Origin: a virus
Lineage: Duplodnaviria > Caudoviricetes
DNA length: 52,986 nt
Reading direction: 5' to 3' (one strand)
IMG/VR virus record: IMGVR_UViG_3300025112_000017
Location: 1 to 52,986 of that record
The notes beneath the pieces were generated by a model. That model did not search any database, was not told where the DNA came from, and saw only the letters and a list, made by a program, of their open reading frames with translations. Position numbers and translations under genes: made by a program. This document shows, one piece after another, positions 27,387 through 37,746 of the stretch (positions are counted from its first letter, which is position 1; each line of letters begins with the position of its first letter).

Positions 27387-27964
27387 GCACTTCCTTTTGA
27401 ACTAAAGGTTTTAAATACATCGCTTGCGGCTTTACCAAGTGTCTGGGCTTCCCGCTGCCCCTTCAAGGCGGTCTTACCCTCCTCCTCTTTAGCTTTAGCC
27501 AACATCTGGGCGGCAGTGAGTCGGCGGGTTTGTTCTAAGCCAGCCGTTTGTGCCTCAAGGTTGCCAAGAGCAGCCCTGTTCATTGCCGCTTTCTTAAGGG
27601 CTGCATCACGGTTACCTGACTGTAGCTGTCTCGAATGGTCTAGTGTGGCCCTGTTGGTAGCCAGGTTAGCCAATGCTTGTACCCCGCTCTCCCCTGTTGA
27701 CCCTGCTGCCCCGCGAGCAACCTGCGCAATCATTGGGGCCAACGCTTGACCCAATTGTTGTTGGCTTTGTAAGTTCCTGTGGGACTGTGCCGTGGCGCTC
27801 TCGCTGTCACGACCACCAGCGGTTGCCTTGTATCCAGCGGTAAGCCGGTCACGCATACCCTTCTCTACCTGCCCCTTACGCCCTGCCAAAATAGAGGGGA
27901 GCAACTGGTCGATAAGTATTGGTGCTACCGCTTTTATCGCTGTTCCTATAAGTGCTGCCGACAT
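27383..27964 (-). CDS. putative small ejection protein (P22 gp7/T7 gp14 position)
   Basis: Hydrophobic N-terminus, Ala/Gln/Gly-rich; synteny. Confidence 0.55.
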   Translation of the reverse strand: MSAALIGTAIKAVAPILIDQLLPSILAGRKGQVEKGMRDRLTAGYKATAGGRDSESATAQSHRNLQSQQQLGQALAPMIAQVARGAAGSTGESGVQALANLATNRATLDHSRQLQSGNRDAALKKAAMNRAALGNLEAQTAGLEQTRRLTAAQMLAKAKEEEGKTALKGQREAQTLGKAASDVFKTFSSKGSA

Positions 27965-27965
27965 A

Positions 27966-28775
27966 TCAACTCCCCGTAATCAAATCTGTTCCAGCCCTAA
28001 AAGCCAGAACGTAAATACCACTAGACCGTGTAATGCAGCGCATCTTCTCAGCATCAGGTGCTAAGCAATCAGGCCACATTTTTACTTCTATCTTATGATA
28101 ACCCTTACCAGAAACAGAGAGTAGTCCGCTCTTGTTTACAAAGCGCCACCTGTCCGCCTGCCCTATCCCTGGGTAAGACCTTCCGGCGACCTCATCCCCC
28201 GGACCAGCAACCCGAGCAGTGTTGTCATAATCCTCAGCGGAGGACGCAGAGTCGTACCCGCCAACCTCTTTTAGGTGGGGAATAGATGTGGCAGGAAGAA
28301 CCGCTACCTGAGATTGATCCACAACCCCGTCAACATACAACCGGACGAACCACTCCTCGTTGTACCACGTGCTCGCTTCTGGCCACCATTGGGCCGCAGT
28401 GTGCGTAAACCAAGCCTGGTACCCATAAAGAACAACGGCCTTATCCCAAGGAATAAAAAACCTTTTAGACAGAACTCCGTGGCCAATCCATTGTTCATCT
28501 TGAGCCGAGTTGTTCCCTGTCTGTTGGGCTGAATGCATCTCCCACATGTCTGACCCATCGTACTCGCCGCGAACAAAAGCGCCTGGTTGTATGGATGCGG
28601 CAGTAATGTTCTTTGAGCCGCTGTAGTTGGCTTCGTCCATTAGCCCATTCAGGGCCTCAAGCGTATTGTTAGCGTCTGCGCCGATGGAGGGCTTGTACAA
28701 ACTATTTTCATACAACTCGTCAGGGCTTACTGTTGCGCCCAATGTTCCCTCGGAAAACGCTGTTATATCAGCCAT
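27966..28775 (-). CDS. putative tail/virion structural protein
   Basis: Synteny; beta-rich. Confidence 0.5.
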   Translation of the reverse strand: MADITAFSEGTLGATVSPDELYENSLYKPSIGADANNTLEALNGLMDEANYSGSKNITAASIQPGAFVRGEYDGSDMWEMHSAQQTGNNSAQDEQWIGHGVLSKRFFIPWDKAVVLYGYQAWFTHTAAQWWPEASTWYNEEWFVRLYVDGVVDQSQVAVLPATSIPHLKEVGGYDSASSAEDYDNTARVAGPGDEVAGRSYPGIGQADRWRFVNKSGLLSVSGKGYHKIEVKMWPDCLAPDAEKMRCITRSSGIYVLAFRAGTDLITGS

Positions 28776-28776
28776 G

Positions 28777-29604
28777 TCAACTCCTTAGAGCGAAGAAGCC
28801 CAACGAACCGGAAGTGAGCTTCCACTTAGGCGGGTTGCCAGAAAGATTCATTGGTGGTGTCACCGCCGACTTGTGTGTGAGGTCGCCCTCGAATGTAGCA
28901 AACCTTGGATGAATAGAAGTAAGCGTCCAGTTACCCGCCTCTGCGCTCTTATCAATTACTTTCCAGATGCTGATTGACTGCTCAATAATCTGTGGCTCTT
29001 GGTCGAACCCTGTGGTGAATTGGACAGCCTTGTTCTGGTAAGCCGGGTCTCCGGCACCTGGGCCATTGTAAGTGTTGGTATCTAAAGAACGGACACAGCC
29101 TGTGTCTGCGAGTTCAAAGTGCTCACCGCCAGAGTCTTCATAACCTAAGCCCGCGAACAACATCCAAGAGTTAGAGTATTCCGTGTGGGGGGTCTCCGTG
29201 CTAACGCTTGTATCAAATGCGCCCCCATGCCACACAACCCTGGACACCCTCAGGTTCATGAAGGCAATCACCTTGCACGGTGGCAAGGTGTAGCCTGCGC
29301 CAAGGTTATTCAGAACCCAGTTAGTGTTCAGGCCAGTGGCCTTATGGTAACAATACCAGTCTGTAACGATACTACCGGGGGTCTCCTGTTGAAACCTGCC
29401 CTGAGTATAGTCCAGTTCAATAGCCAGTAATGACTGCTTATAATCGAATGCCGTGATAACTCCGGGGAGTTGTTCATGGTTTAGACTGTTACGTCCTAAG
29501 TTTTCCTTTGGTATATCGTTTACAAGCGTGCGCACATCAGAATGCATAGCAGTGATGTCTGACTTGTTCAGAACTGAGTCGTTAGTTGGTTTTGTTACAG
29601 CCAT
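28777..29604 (-). CDS. putative tail/virion structural protein
   Basis: Synteny; beta-rich. Confidence 0.5.
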   Translation of the reverse strand: MAVTKPTNDSVLNKSDITAMHSDVRTLVNDIPKENLGRNSLNHEQLPGVITAFDYKQSLLAIELDYTQGRFQQETPGSIVTDWYCYHKATGLNTNWVLNNLGAGYTLPPCKVIAFMNLRVSRVVWHGGAFDTSVSTETPHTEYSNSWMLFAGLGYEDSGGEHFELADTGCVRSLDTNTYNGPGAGDPAYQNKAVQFTTGFDQEPQIIEQSISIWKVIDKSAEAGNWTLTSIHPRFATFEGDLTHKSAVTPPMNLSGNPPKWKLTSGSLGFFALRS

Positions 29605-30453
29605 TTATCCGCCAAAGGTTGTTCCCTTAGGGAACCTAATCACAATCATTCGTCTATATGCAAGGGTAACACCTTGGTCTGGTGGGTCTACGGGAGATCC
29701 CCCTGTTAGCTCCTTCAAATCATTGAATGCGTGGTCCCCTCCAGCGGGTTTGGTGTGTGGCCCTACAGAGGCTACAGCCGAAACCCTGTGTACACCAGCA
29801 GGAACAGGCACCAATGCGCACACCGTTGTCCTGTGGTCGGCACCCTCGTACCCTGTTCCTCGCTGGTTCCCGTACACCGGCAACGAGAAAGGTCCTGTCC
29901 CTGGGATGTGAGAACCGTCTACGGAAATGCGAACCTTAGACCGAATCCTAAGGTAAGTTTTTGCATCGGAATGAGCCGACACCGGGGTGGTATTCCAGCC
30001 TGCTGGGTAAGGGTACTCACCATCTGCAAGCCGCGCATAATCACGAATGAACTGATACGAGAAGGCAACCAACACCAACTCTGGGTACTTGCTTGTCCAT
30101 GTTTGGACAGTAGCGGTGTCCTCACTCCAACCCCTGTTGTAGGGTATCTGAAACAGATTAACGTCAGGAACGCGAGCAGGGACTCCAACATGGGTTTTCA
30201 GGACGGGGTCTCTTGGCTGGTCAGCGCCCGCTGGGTGGCTTGCCCCTCTTACCCCTATAAGAGGCTCCACCTTTGAGGTCATAACCGTTGCAGCCGCATT
30301 CACGCCCAGTTTAGACATGTCGGGGAACGCACCAGCCTTCCATTGGTATTGGCTTGTCTCAGACGCAACGCGCGCTGCCTCTTGGTATTCCTTGGCTAAA
30401 CGCTCAGGGTCAATGACTTCATTATCGAAAACCCCGTGGGGAAAGAACAGCAT
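29605..30453 (-). CDS. putative tail/virion structural protein
   Basis: Synteny; AGGAG RBS. Confidence 0.5.
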   Translation of the reverse strand: MLFFPHGVFDNEVIDPERLAKEYQEAARVASETSQYQWKAGAFPDMSKLGVNAAATVMTSKVEPLIGVRGASHPAGADQPRDPVLKTHVGVPARVPDVNLFQIPYNRGWSEDTATVQTWTSKYPELVLVAFSYQFIRDYARLADGEYPYPAGWNTTPVSAHSDAKTYLRIRSKVRISVDGSHIPGTGPFSLPVYGNQRGTGYEGADHRTTVCALVPVPAGVHRVSAVASVGPHTKPAGGDHAFNDLKELTGGSPVDPPDQGVTLAYRRMIVIRFPKGTTFGG

Positions 30454-30461
30454 TACTTCTC

Positions 30462-32636
30462 CTAAGAAGAACTTCCTTCAGGAACTCTACCAGATGGAGA
30501 GGCTATAGTCAGACCAAATACGTCCATACCATAGAGGCAGAAAGGGGATGAGACCTGTATCTCCACACGAGATACTCCTGTTGAATGTGTATCTAACCCG
30601 ATTCGTTGCTGATAGAACTTGTCAGACCTCCATGTACCAACGCCCCACAGGGCGCTGCCGTAGTAAGCAATAGGGCTTTCTTCCGCGTGCGCCGCTGTTA
30701 TTGAGTCGGCAGCAGCAACGTCGGACAAGTCCCACTCTTTATAAACATGTGCTGTTGCGGCTGTGCTACCGCGCTCTTCACCTGTAACAATCAGGTCGGT
30801 CAAGTGGTAGGTGCTAGAGAACCCGGACGGACCCTCGCCCAAAGAGAACCAACCAGAAGAGTACTTAGCTGTTGGGTGTGTAAAAGAAAAGGAAGAGTAG
30901 CCCCTGTCTTTTACCCAAACAGTAGAAAGACTATCGTAAGTGCCAGCAATGAGAACGATGTCATGTCTCGGGATTGCTGCAACGCTTTCAATAATGAAAT
31001 CCTCACGCAGCCTCCACCCGCTGTACCGATAATCGTAAACAAACTGGATGTTGTTCCCCTTGCTGTCGTCTAGCGGAAGAGCAAAGTACAACTCACCTGT
31101 TTTCTTTTGAATCCAAGACACCCCCCGCTTTGCTGCAAAAGGGTTTATGCGAGCCAGTCGCTTACGGATAGGTCCGCCTATGTCATTGACCTGCCCCTCG
31201 GATGGGTCGAGTTTCCAGAAGGTGTTCGCCCCATAGAAGACCACTGTTCCATCTGGGGCCGACTGGACAAGGTTAGGACCGGCAAGCCCTGGGCCTTTGC
31301 GGATAGTTGCTGATTGGAAGTTGGGGTATTGGCCGCCAACAGCGTGGACTGCGTGCTCCTTGAAAACCAACATAGAAGACGCTGTATCACCGGACCCAAA
31401 CCTCGCAGCAATCGCCCCGGTAATGGGGCCGGTTTCAGGAGAGACATCCATCCAATGCCCCATCATAAAGCTTTCCGGTGTTGGCCCGAAGATATTTGTT
31501 TGCTCACTCCACCAAACACGAGAGGCCTCCTCGTCGGTCCTCATAAGAAACAGAGAGCCGGAGAAGTACTTCATAAAGTAAAAGTCTCGCGGGAGAACCT
31601 CACGGTCTTCCCACGGTGCCCCGAGTGCTCCGTCAGGAATGTCGTCAATAAACTCTTCAGATACGTTGTTCGGGATTCGTTTGAGTAAGCGTGGCCTGCC
31701 GTCATCGTTTGGGCCAAGCCGCATAAGGTTAGGGGTCCGGAGGATGATTCGGGCAACAGTCCCCTCTGGTCCCGTGCCGATACCACCAACCCAAAAGGAC
31801 CGGGTAAGCCTGTATAGGTTCATCGTCGCAGTTGACGCAAGCTCTCTATGCATCGTTACAGGGCTCGACACAGGAGACATTGCTGAGTAAGCACCTGCCT
31901 CGTTCTCCCACACGACGTAGTATTCCCACAAACCCTGGTCTAAACCACCAAGAACCGCGCCAGTGTTGTCTGTCCAGTCGTTCTCAAGAGAGCCGATACG
32001 GCCCGGAAAAGAGAACCCGCCGCAGTTCTCACCAGCCAACATGGCTAATCTCTCTGCGCTAGTGGTGGCCCCGTTCGCGCTGGATGATGGGCCTTGAGCG
32101 ATAGCGGGCGGGGGCTTGTTGGTGTACCCAAACTTGCGAAGCTTCTCCCCGTTCCACACCCAGCAAGCACCGCCATCACAAAAGTTTATGTAGACGTACT
32201 TCCCAACGGATTCCATTTGAGCCGGAAAGCGAGGGGTTCCTGTTGGAATTACTTCGTTTGCATTGTTATCGAAATCGTAGAAGTAGACGGGAATAAGTGC
32301 AGAATCATTATCTGTACGGTGCCACGGCGCGAATCTACGGATACCTGAATCAGTAATAAAGAGAAGCTCAGGGCGGCCAGACATGCCAAAGTCAAAGAAG
32401 CCAAGCCCGTAAACTTTAGATAACTCAGGTGGATACACCGGAACTGCCGGATGAATTGGCGTTTTGCCCCAGTTCTTTGGATGTAAAGGCATGGCCTTGA
32501 AAGAGCTATCAAGCAGACCCCGATCATCAATACCGAAGTTCACAATCTCATAAGCAAGCGTGCCATCAGACTGAGGCATGTCCGCCATGACGCGAGCATA
32601 CCCAACGGGTAAAACCGATTTGTTGCGCCAGCCCAT
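30462..32636 (-). CDS. tail tubular/nozzle (P22 gp10/T7 gp12-like) protein
   Basis: 724 aa beta-propeller-like; RVWWSE, GPITG, MLVFKE; follows the adaptor. Confidence 0.7.
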   Translation of the reverse strand: MGWRNKSVLPVGYARVMADMPQSDGTLAYEIVNFGIDDRGLLDSSFKAMPLHPKNWGKTPIHPAVPVYPPELSKVYGLGFFDFGMSGRPELLFITDSGIRRFAPWHRTDNDSALIPVYFYDFDNNANEVIPTGTPRFPAQMESVGKYVYINFCDGGACWVWNGEKLRKFGYTNKPPPAIAQGPSSSANGATTSAERLAMLAGENCGGFSFPGRIGSLENDWTDNTGAVLGGLDQGLWEYYVVWENEAGAYSAMSPVSSPVTMHRELASTATMNLYRLTRSFWVGGIGTGPEGTVARIILRTPNLMRLGPNDDGRPRLLKRIPNNVSEEFIDDIPDGALGAPWEDREVLPRDFYFMKYFSGSLFLMRTDEEASRVWWSEQTNIFGPTPESFMMGHWMDVSPETGPITGAIAARFGSGDTASSMLVFKEHAVHAVGGQYPNFQSATIRKGPGLAGPNLVQSAPDGTVVFYGANTFWKLDPSEGQVNDIGGPIRKRLARINPFAAKRGVSWIQKKTGELYFALPLDDSKGNNIQFVYDYRYSGWRLREDFIIESVAAIPRHDIVLIAGTYDSLSTVWVKDRGYSSFSFTHPTAKYSSGWFSLGEGPSGFSSTYHLTDLIVTGEERGSTAATAHVYKEWDLSDVAAADSITAAHAEESPIAYYGSALWGVGTWRSDKFYQQRIGLDTHSTGVSRVEIQVSSPFCLYGMDVFGLTIASPSGRVPEGSSS

Positions 32637-34229
32637 CTACCAGCCTTTTACTGTTCCCGGTACAGACCGAGACCGAGGGCCACCGGTAAGGCCGTCCCCG
32701 AACGATGACTTCACGTGGGAGTCAAGGGCAGCAATCGAGCGGAGCTTTCTCAACTCCTGCTGGTACAGGGTCTTATACATTGCCACCCGATCAGCGCTAC
32801 CATCCCTCTCCCCCGCTACGTAAGAGCACACAACGGAGATGAGCGCCTCCGACGCCTCGGGTGGAATCCTGGGGGTGTCTGTATCGTAGTTCAACTCGTG
32901 TGGCCTACGAATGAGGGACAACAAGACATCGTCAGCCTCTGTCGGAAGATAATCAAACCGAATGTGGTAGTGGCCAGCACTGTTGATCAGTTGGAATCTG
33001 CGGTCAACAGGATCGTCATCACCACGGTCGTACGTCACTGTCTCGTACCCAGGGATAATCCTCCAAAGATAATAGACTAAATCAGGCTCAACAGGTCCGT
33101 GGATGGTACCAAGGTTGTTAGCGTGATTGTTTGTGTAGTTCTCTGTGTGCCGTGCTCTAAAGATCCACTTCTCTACACCGTTGTGATGGTGGCTCTTTAG
33201 CGTGTTGTCGGGCGAATACCCATAGACATAGTCGATATCTGGAGTCGTAATCTTTACAGCAGCGCCGCCCCACACCACAGCCTGCACTGCCGAAGCCTTG
33301 CTGTGCGCTGAAATGTAGTATGGAAGGAGTTTACCCTCTTGTGTTCGGGCACCACGGTAGTCGCTTGACGGTGGCCTGCGACCCCAAACGTGGGCGGTAA
33401 TGTAACTGAATGAACCAGCGGGACCCCATTTACGGTTCTCAACTAATGTGTTTGGACCGGCGGGTAGCCAAGATCCATCATATCCCCACTGGTACTCATA
33501 CTGGTACTCATTAGTTGGGTCAGCAACAGGAGCGGCAACCGCTACCGCTGGGATGTAATGAGGGGGCTCCAGTTGAAAGAAGTCTCCACGAGCACTGACA
33601 AGGGGCGTACCCTTTTCTTTCCAGCCATTCTGAATCTTACGAGAAGCCATTGAGTCGGGGTAAGAACTAAACTGTACGTCAGAAGACCGCCCCTCTGGGT
33701 CGATGATTACATTCCGAACACGGATAGTATCCGCAGGGTAGGGGTACTCATAAGTGTAAACCTTATAGGTAAGACCCGTATCGGTAAGGTTGTGCCACGG
33801 GGTACTTAGGTAAATAAACCAAGTTACCTCACCACCCGGAACAGCCACCTCTTTAACCAAGTCCTGAATCTTGAATGTGCGGGGCTCACCCTCGGCATCT
33901 GTAATATCAATGTCGCGAGCGCGGTACCTGTAGTAGGTATTGGAGCCCACAAAGTCTTCGGGGAAATAAGTCGCCCCTGCTGTTCCTGGGTTGTGCGGGC
34001 CGTTGGTCATCACCATCCCGTCTGTACCCAAAACAGAGAGAGTGCCCAACTCAATGGGCACTTCTAAATCGAAACGAAACTCCTCTCGCAAGAGGACCTC
34101 TGGCATATCACCACGTAACTGGTTGAGTCCGTGATTGATCAATGTGTTGAGCCTGGCAGTACCGGCCGCCCCACGTTCGGGGAAGCCGGTCTTTGCCTGG
34201 ATAAGCTCACGAATCTTAGACAGATTCAT
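32637..34229 (-). CDS. head-tail adaptor protein with large internal insertion
   Basis: MNLSKIRELIQ...LINHGL N-terminus and DTDTPRIPPE..EAL C-terminus typical of podoviral adaptors. Confidence 0.6.
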   Translation of the reverse strand: MNLSKIRELIQAKTGFPERGAAGTARLNTLINHGLNQLRGDMPEVLLREEFRFDLEVPIELGTLSVLGTDGMVMTNGPHNPGTAGATYFPEDFVGSNTYYRYRARDIDITDAEGEPRTFKIQDLVKEVAVPGGEVTWFIYLSTPWHNLTDTGLTYKVYTYEYPYPADTIRVRNVIIDPEGRSSDVQFSSYPDSMASRKIQNGWKEKGTPLVSARGDFFQLEPPHYIPAVAVAAPVADPTNEYQYEYQWGYDGSWLPAGPNTLVENRKWGPAGSFSYITAHVWGRRPPSSDYRGARTQEGKLLPYYISAHSKASAVQAVVWGGAAVKITTPDIDYVYGYSPDNTLKSHHHNGVEKWIFRARHTENYTNNHANNLGTIHGPVEPDLVYYLWRIIPGYETVTYDRGDDDPVDRRFQLINSAGHYHIRFDYLPTEADDVLLSLIRRPHELNYDTDTPRIPPEASEALISVVCSYVAGERDGSADRVAMYKTLYQQELRKLRSIAALDSHVKSSFGDGLTGGPRSRSVPGTVKGW

Positions 34230-34266
34230 AGTGCCTCCTTACGGAGACTAAACGTCTCCTGTTGAC

Positions 34267-34752
34267 TTACAGAAGACCGCTAACCAGAACGTTGACAATC
34301 CCGCCACCACCACCAACACCGTTGAGCGCCCGACCAAACTGGCAATGCTCAATACCGGCAACAGCAGTATCTGCGATCATGCCATCGGTTGCTAAGGTAG
34401 AAACCAATGCGCCAGCAACAACAGTAGAGGCAGTTGATTGTACCGGAGCTACACCAGAGCAAAGAACCCAACCGTAGTCGTCGTCAGCAATCTCGGCAAC
34501 TGTAACCCCAGCAATAGTAGCGTTAGGCGCAGCAATGCCTGATTTCGCCACCTCGTATGTAGAGCCTATAGCTAACTGCGCAACCCGAGCGATTTCAATC
34601 AAACCACCGCTGGTGTTTCGCACAGGGCGGTACACTTGCATGCCAAGTGTGGGGTGTTTGTGGATTCGCAAAGCCCCTGGGGGGGCGATTGAAGAACTGT
34701 TGGTATCGGTGGGGCGGTCCAGATATGGAATCGCAGCAATATGTGCAGACAT
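34267..34752 (-). CDS. capsid cement/decoration-like protein
   Basis: Directly after the capsid gene; IADDDYGWVLCSG pattern. Confidence 0.55.
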   Translation of the reverse strand: MSAHIAAIPYLDRPTDTNSSSIAPPGALRIHKHPTLGMQVYRPVRNTSGGLIEIARVAQLAIGSTYEVAKSGIAAPNATIAGVTVAEIADDDYGWVLCSGVAPVQSTASTVVAGALVSTLATDGMIADTAVAGIEHCQFGRALNGVGGGGGIVNVLVSGLL

Positions 34753-34770
34753 AATAAGTGCTCCTCGGGA

Positions 34771-35865
34771 TTACAGTGAAACTGCGCCCTGAATAAGAAG
34801 GTTGGAAACGGCGAATTGAGTTTCAAGGATGATATAACCGACATCAGCGTCAGTGTTCGAGACCTCAAGATGGTCAGAGAACTTAGTAACGCGGAAGTCG
34901 TTGTTGGCATTTACCCAGTACTCAATACCGGACGGGTTCAACAAGTAGCAATGAGAGGCAGTAGTAGCGGCGGGGCTTGCTACGTTCTGCATGCGAGCAT
35001 CAGTCATCCAGCGATTCGAGTAATATTGAACACCGTTCACGATGTGAACAGTAGGATGAGCCTTACCCTTAGCCAAGTCTTCGACCGAGTAGGTCAAAGC
35101 AGATGCGTTAGCAGCGCCACCTGGGTAGGAGCGGACCTCTTCAGCAAGCTGAACATGGTCTGCAATAGACAGGAGACCCAAAGCGATTCCGCTTCCGTCT
35201 TCAGCGTAAGTGTCAGCAGTCATTTTGACCTGCTCAGCGTTCACAAGGAAGTCGGTACCGATACCGGTGGTCATTGCTTGGTACTGGTTGTACCAGTTGT
35301 TCATGAAGCTCGCCGTGTCTTGGACGCGAGTCTCGTTCAAATACGAGATACCTGCGGCTGCCTGAGCGGCGGGAGTCTGGAAACGAACAGCGCCGTTTCC
35401 GAAACCATTAGAAGTACCACTGGTCACATGTCCGTTCAACGAGCCCAAGCCCGTGAGCGTGCCGACATCACCAATGTAAACCTGTTGCATCATATCGTTC
35501 TTCAACGACATCATCGCAGCATCACTCTCCTCGCGGAGCCACTGAGCTTTCTCAGCAGGGGTGGGAAGGCGGTCCCGCGTAATATGCGGGAGAATGATAG
35601 GCTTAATGTAACGAGTCCAGTCACCAGTCATGGTGCTGTACGTTTCATAACGAACCAAGGGAACGCTCATGTTCGAGTCGTTAATCTCGGTAACGTCAGA
35701 GTGGCCGCCTTTGATTCGCTTGAAGCGAACCTGGGTTCCCCCAGAGCGTTTCACGCGGTTCTTATTCTGAAGCATCCGCAAAAGAGGATCGCTATTATAG
35801 AACGAGACGGTGGACTTTTTTACAAGGTCCGGGACAGTTAGATCAGCGTATTCAAGAAGGGCCAT
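34771..35865 (-). CDS. major capsid protein (HK97 fold)
   Basis: 364 aa after the scaffold; PLLRML...SGGTQV and YIGDVG...GL patterns. Confidence 0.8.
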   Translation of the reverse strand: MALLEYADLTVPDLVKKSTVSFYNSDPLLRMLQNKNRVKRSGGTQVRFKRIKGGHSDVTEINDSNMSVPLVRYETYSTMTGDWTRYIKPIILPHITRDRLPTPAEKAQWLREESDAAMMSLKNDMMQQVYIGDVGTLTGLGSLNGHVTSGTSNGFGNGAVRFQTPAAQAAAGISYLNETRVQDTASFMNNWYNQYQAMTTGIGTDFLVNAEQVKMTADTYAEDGSGIALGLLSIADHVQLAEEVRSYPGGAANASALTYSVEDLAKGKAHPTVHIVNGVQYYSNRWMTDARMQNVASPAATTASHCYLLNPSGIEYWVNANNDFRVTKFSDHLEVSNTDADVGYIILETQFAVSNLLIQGAVSL

Positions 35866-35872
35866 GTTTTAC

Positions 35873-36796
35873 TCACGCGATAAGGTGTAGGTTTCTGTTA
35901 AGCAACTCATCCCATGACATTTCGTCAACGTCACGCTGAGGAGTTGTTGAGGCAACAGAACCATCAGCAACGACAGACTGCTTCCGCGCATCAACATTAG
36001 CAGGTGTAGAAACTTTTTCAACACCACTATTCAGTTTTTGTGTAACCGGAGCAGCGGCAGGAGCCGCTTGAGCGGGCGCTGGCTTGGCCGCAGGCTGCCA
36101 TTTAGACTTATATAAAGCGAACTGATACGCTTCTTCCATTTGGTTCAAAACATTTCCGTTCGTGTACCGAGTTCCGATGGCGCTAAACTGTGCCTCCACC
36201 TCTTGCTGTACATGTTTAGGCAGTGTTCTGAGTTCAGAATGAAGGCTTGAAAAAGCGGAGAACGCGGTTTGCGTTACCTCTGACAAGAGTAAATCAATAG
36301 CCATGTTCTGGCTGTCGATGTGCTCCACAAGCGATCCAGCGTCTTTCCCGTCAGCCGTTTCCATGTGGGACACTAAGTCCATCATTCGAGACTTAGCTGA
36401 TTCGTAAGACTCGCGAGCAGTGCTAATCTCAGCAGCGCGTGACGAAGCCAACTCAACAATCCGGGTAACGTGCTCACGGAACTGCTCCGGAAAAGCAGAC
36501 GAATCCACATCTTCAAGAGAAGTATAGGTGGCCTCCGGGAAAGATAAAGCGGGCTCCACTAAAGGCGCAGGCTCCGCAGCCACCTCTATAGCAGGCTCAG
36601 GCGCAGGTTCTTCTTCAGGCACAGGAGGTTCGGCAGCAGCCGCGCCGGCAGCCTCAATAGCGTTGTTAGATTCCTGGGATAAGTCCAGGGGCTCCGGGGC
36701 CGAGGTCGGGACCTCCAGGGACGGGACCTCCAGGGACGGGGCCTCCTGCACCTGGGCTTGGTCCGTCGATTGGGATTGTTCCGTCTGCGATTCCAT
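35873..36796 (-). CDS. capsid scaffolding protein
   Basis: Acidic Pro/Ala-rich N-terminus, coiled coil, upstream of the capsid gene; GGAGG RBS before ATG 36796. Confidence 0.65.
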   Translation of the reverse strand: MESQTEQSQSTDQAQVQEAPSLEVPSLEVPTSAPEPLDLSQESNNAIEAAGAAAAEPPVPEEEPAPEPAIEVAAEPAPLVEPALSFPEATYTSLEDVDSSAFPEQFREHVTRIVELASSRAAEISTARESYESAKSRMMDLVSHMETADGKDAGSLVEHIDSQNMAIDLLLSEVTQTAFSAFSSLHSELRTLPKHVQQEVEAQFSAIGTRYTNGNVLNQMEEAYQFALYKSKWQPAAKPAPAQAAPAAAPVTQKLNSGVEKVSTPANVDARKQSVVADGSVASTTPQRDVDEMSWDELLNRNLHLIA

Positions 36797-37286
36797 TAAT
36801 TGCCTCCCGCAAGTCCATCTCATTATTTAGGTCGAGCATGCCTGGAAAGGCACGGTCTACAACGGTTTGTACCGCTGCTTTCATTTCTGGTGTAACTGAG
36901 TTTGTTGCCGCACTCATAAGGTTTGATTCTACAAGTCTTGCGCTGGCTGCCTCTACAACGTCAGCCTCCATTAGTCCAGCCCCAGAAAGCGGCTCCTCTC
37001 CAGGAGGAAGAGCAGGCTCAAGTGGAGATGCCTCTGAAGGCGGGAACGCTTCAATGCTTGGGACAAGAGCGGACTCTTCAAGAGCCGTAGGCTCTACGCC
37101 AATAGCCCCGGCGTCTGTTGAAAGGGACCCCATTCCTCCTCGTTGAGCAGCAAGCTGCGAAACCCGGTTGGCCTTTTCAATAATAAGCTGCTCTAATTCA
37201 TCAGGTCCCATCTCCCCCGCCTCCTCTTGCAGGTGGTCTGGAAGTTGTGGTGTGCTTTGTGGGGTCATAGGCTCTTGTGGCAACAT
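36666..37286 (-). CDS. acidic Pro/Gly-rich hypothetical head-region protein
   Basis: Between portal and scaffold; overlaps both neighbours. Confidence 0.55.
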   Translation of the reverse strand: MLPQEPMTPQSTPQLPDHLQEEAGEMGPDELEQLIIEKANRVSQLAAQRGGMGSLSTDAGAIGVEPTALEESALVPSIEAFPPSEASPLEPALPPGEEPLSGAGLMEADVVEAASARLVESNLMSAATNSVTPEMKAAVQTVVDRAFPGMLDLNNEMDLREAINGIADGTIPIDGPSPGAGGPVPGGPVPGGPDLGPGAPGLIPGI

Positions 37287-37746
37287 TACTCGCTTCCTTC
37301 CATTTGTGGTATTTGGAATCTGTCCAACCGTGCTTAGATTGTATATCAGACTTGGTACAATAATCGACTAAACCTTTCGAACCCTTCTCCCTTTTCACAC
37401 GAGACAAGGTAGAGGCTTGGTCTCTCATGTAGTCTTGGTTCCGGTTGTAATCAGGGGTTCCGGGGATAAGCCTGCGCATTTTCTTCGAGTCTTCGAACTG
37501 ACTTAACTCCTTTTGACTACGGAAAGACTTGCCTGCTCGCAAGTCTTTTTTGCTAAAATGAGCCTTAGACATGGCTTCTAAGTAACCAGAATCAGCGCCA
37601 ATAACCGCAATACGGCCAATAATTACACGCTTAGCCTGGGCCTTACAGCGGCCACATTCAACTGTGTCGGCAATATCTTCCCCACCAAAAAACAACTCTT
37701 CAGTTAGCCCGCTGCAATCGGGGCATTCGTAGGAAAACATAGGCAT
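37201..37746 (-). CDS. FmdB-like zinc-ribbon protein with C-terminal extension
   Basis: MPMFSYECPDCS...VECGRC. Confidence 0.7.
   Translation of the reverse strand: MPMFSYECPDCSGLTEELFFGGEDIADTVECGRCKAQAKRVIIGRIAVIGADSGYLEAMSKAHFSKKDLRAGKSFRSQKELSQFEDSKKMRRLIPGTPDYNRNQDYMRDQASTLSRVKREKGSKGLVDYCTKSDIQSKHGWTDSKYHKWKEASNVATRAYDPTKHTTTSRPPARGGGGDGT

Noticed and set aside
34816-35841. 341-aa + strand ORF
   Set aside because: Antisense shadow of the major capsid gene; the many short ORFs opposite the giant gene were rejected for the same reason
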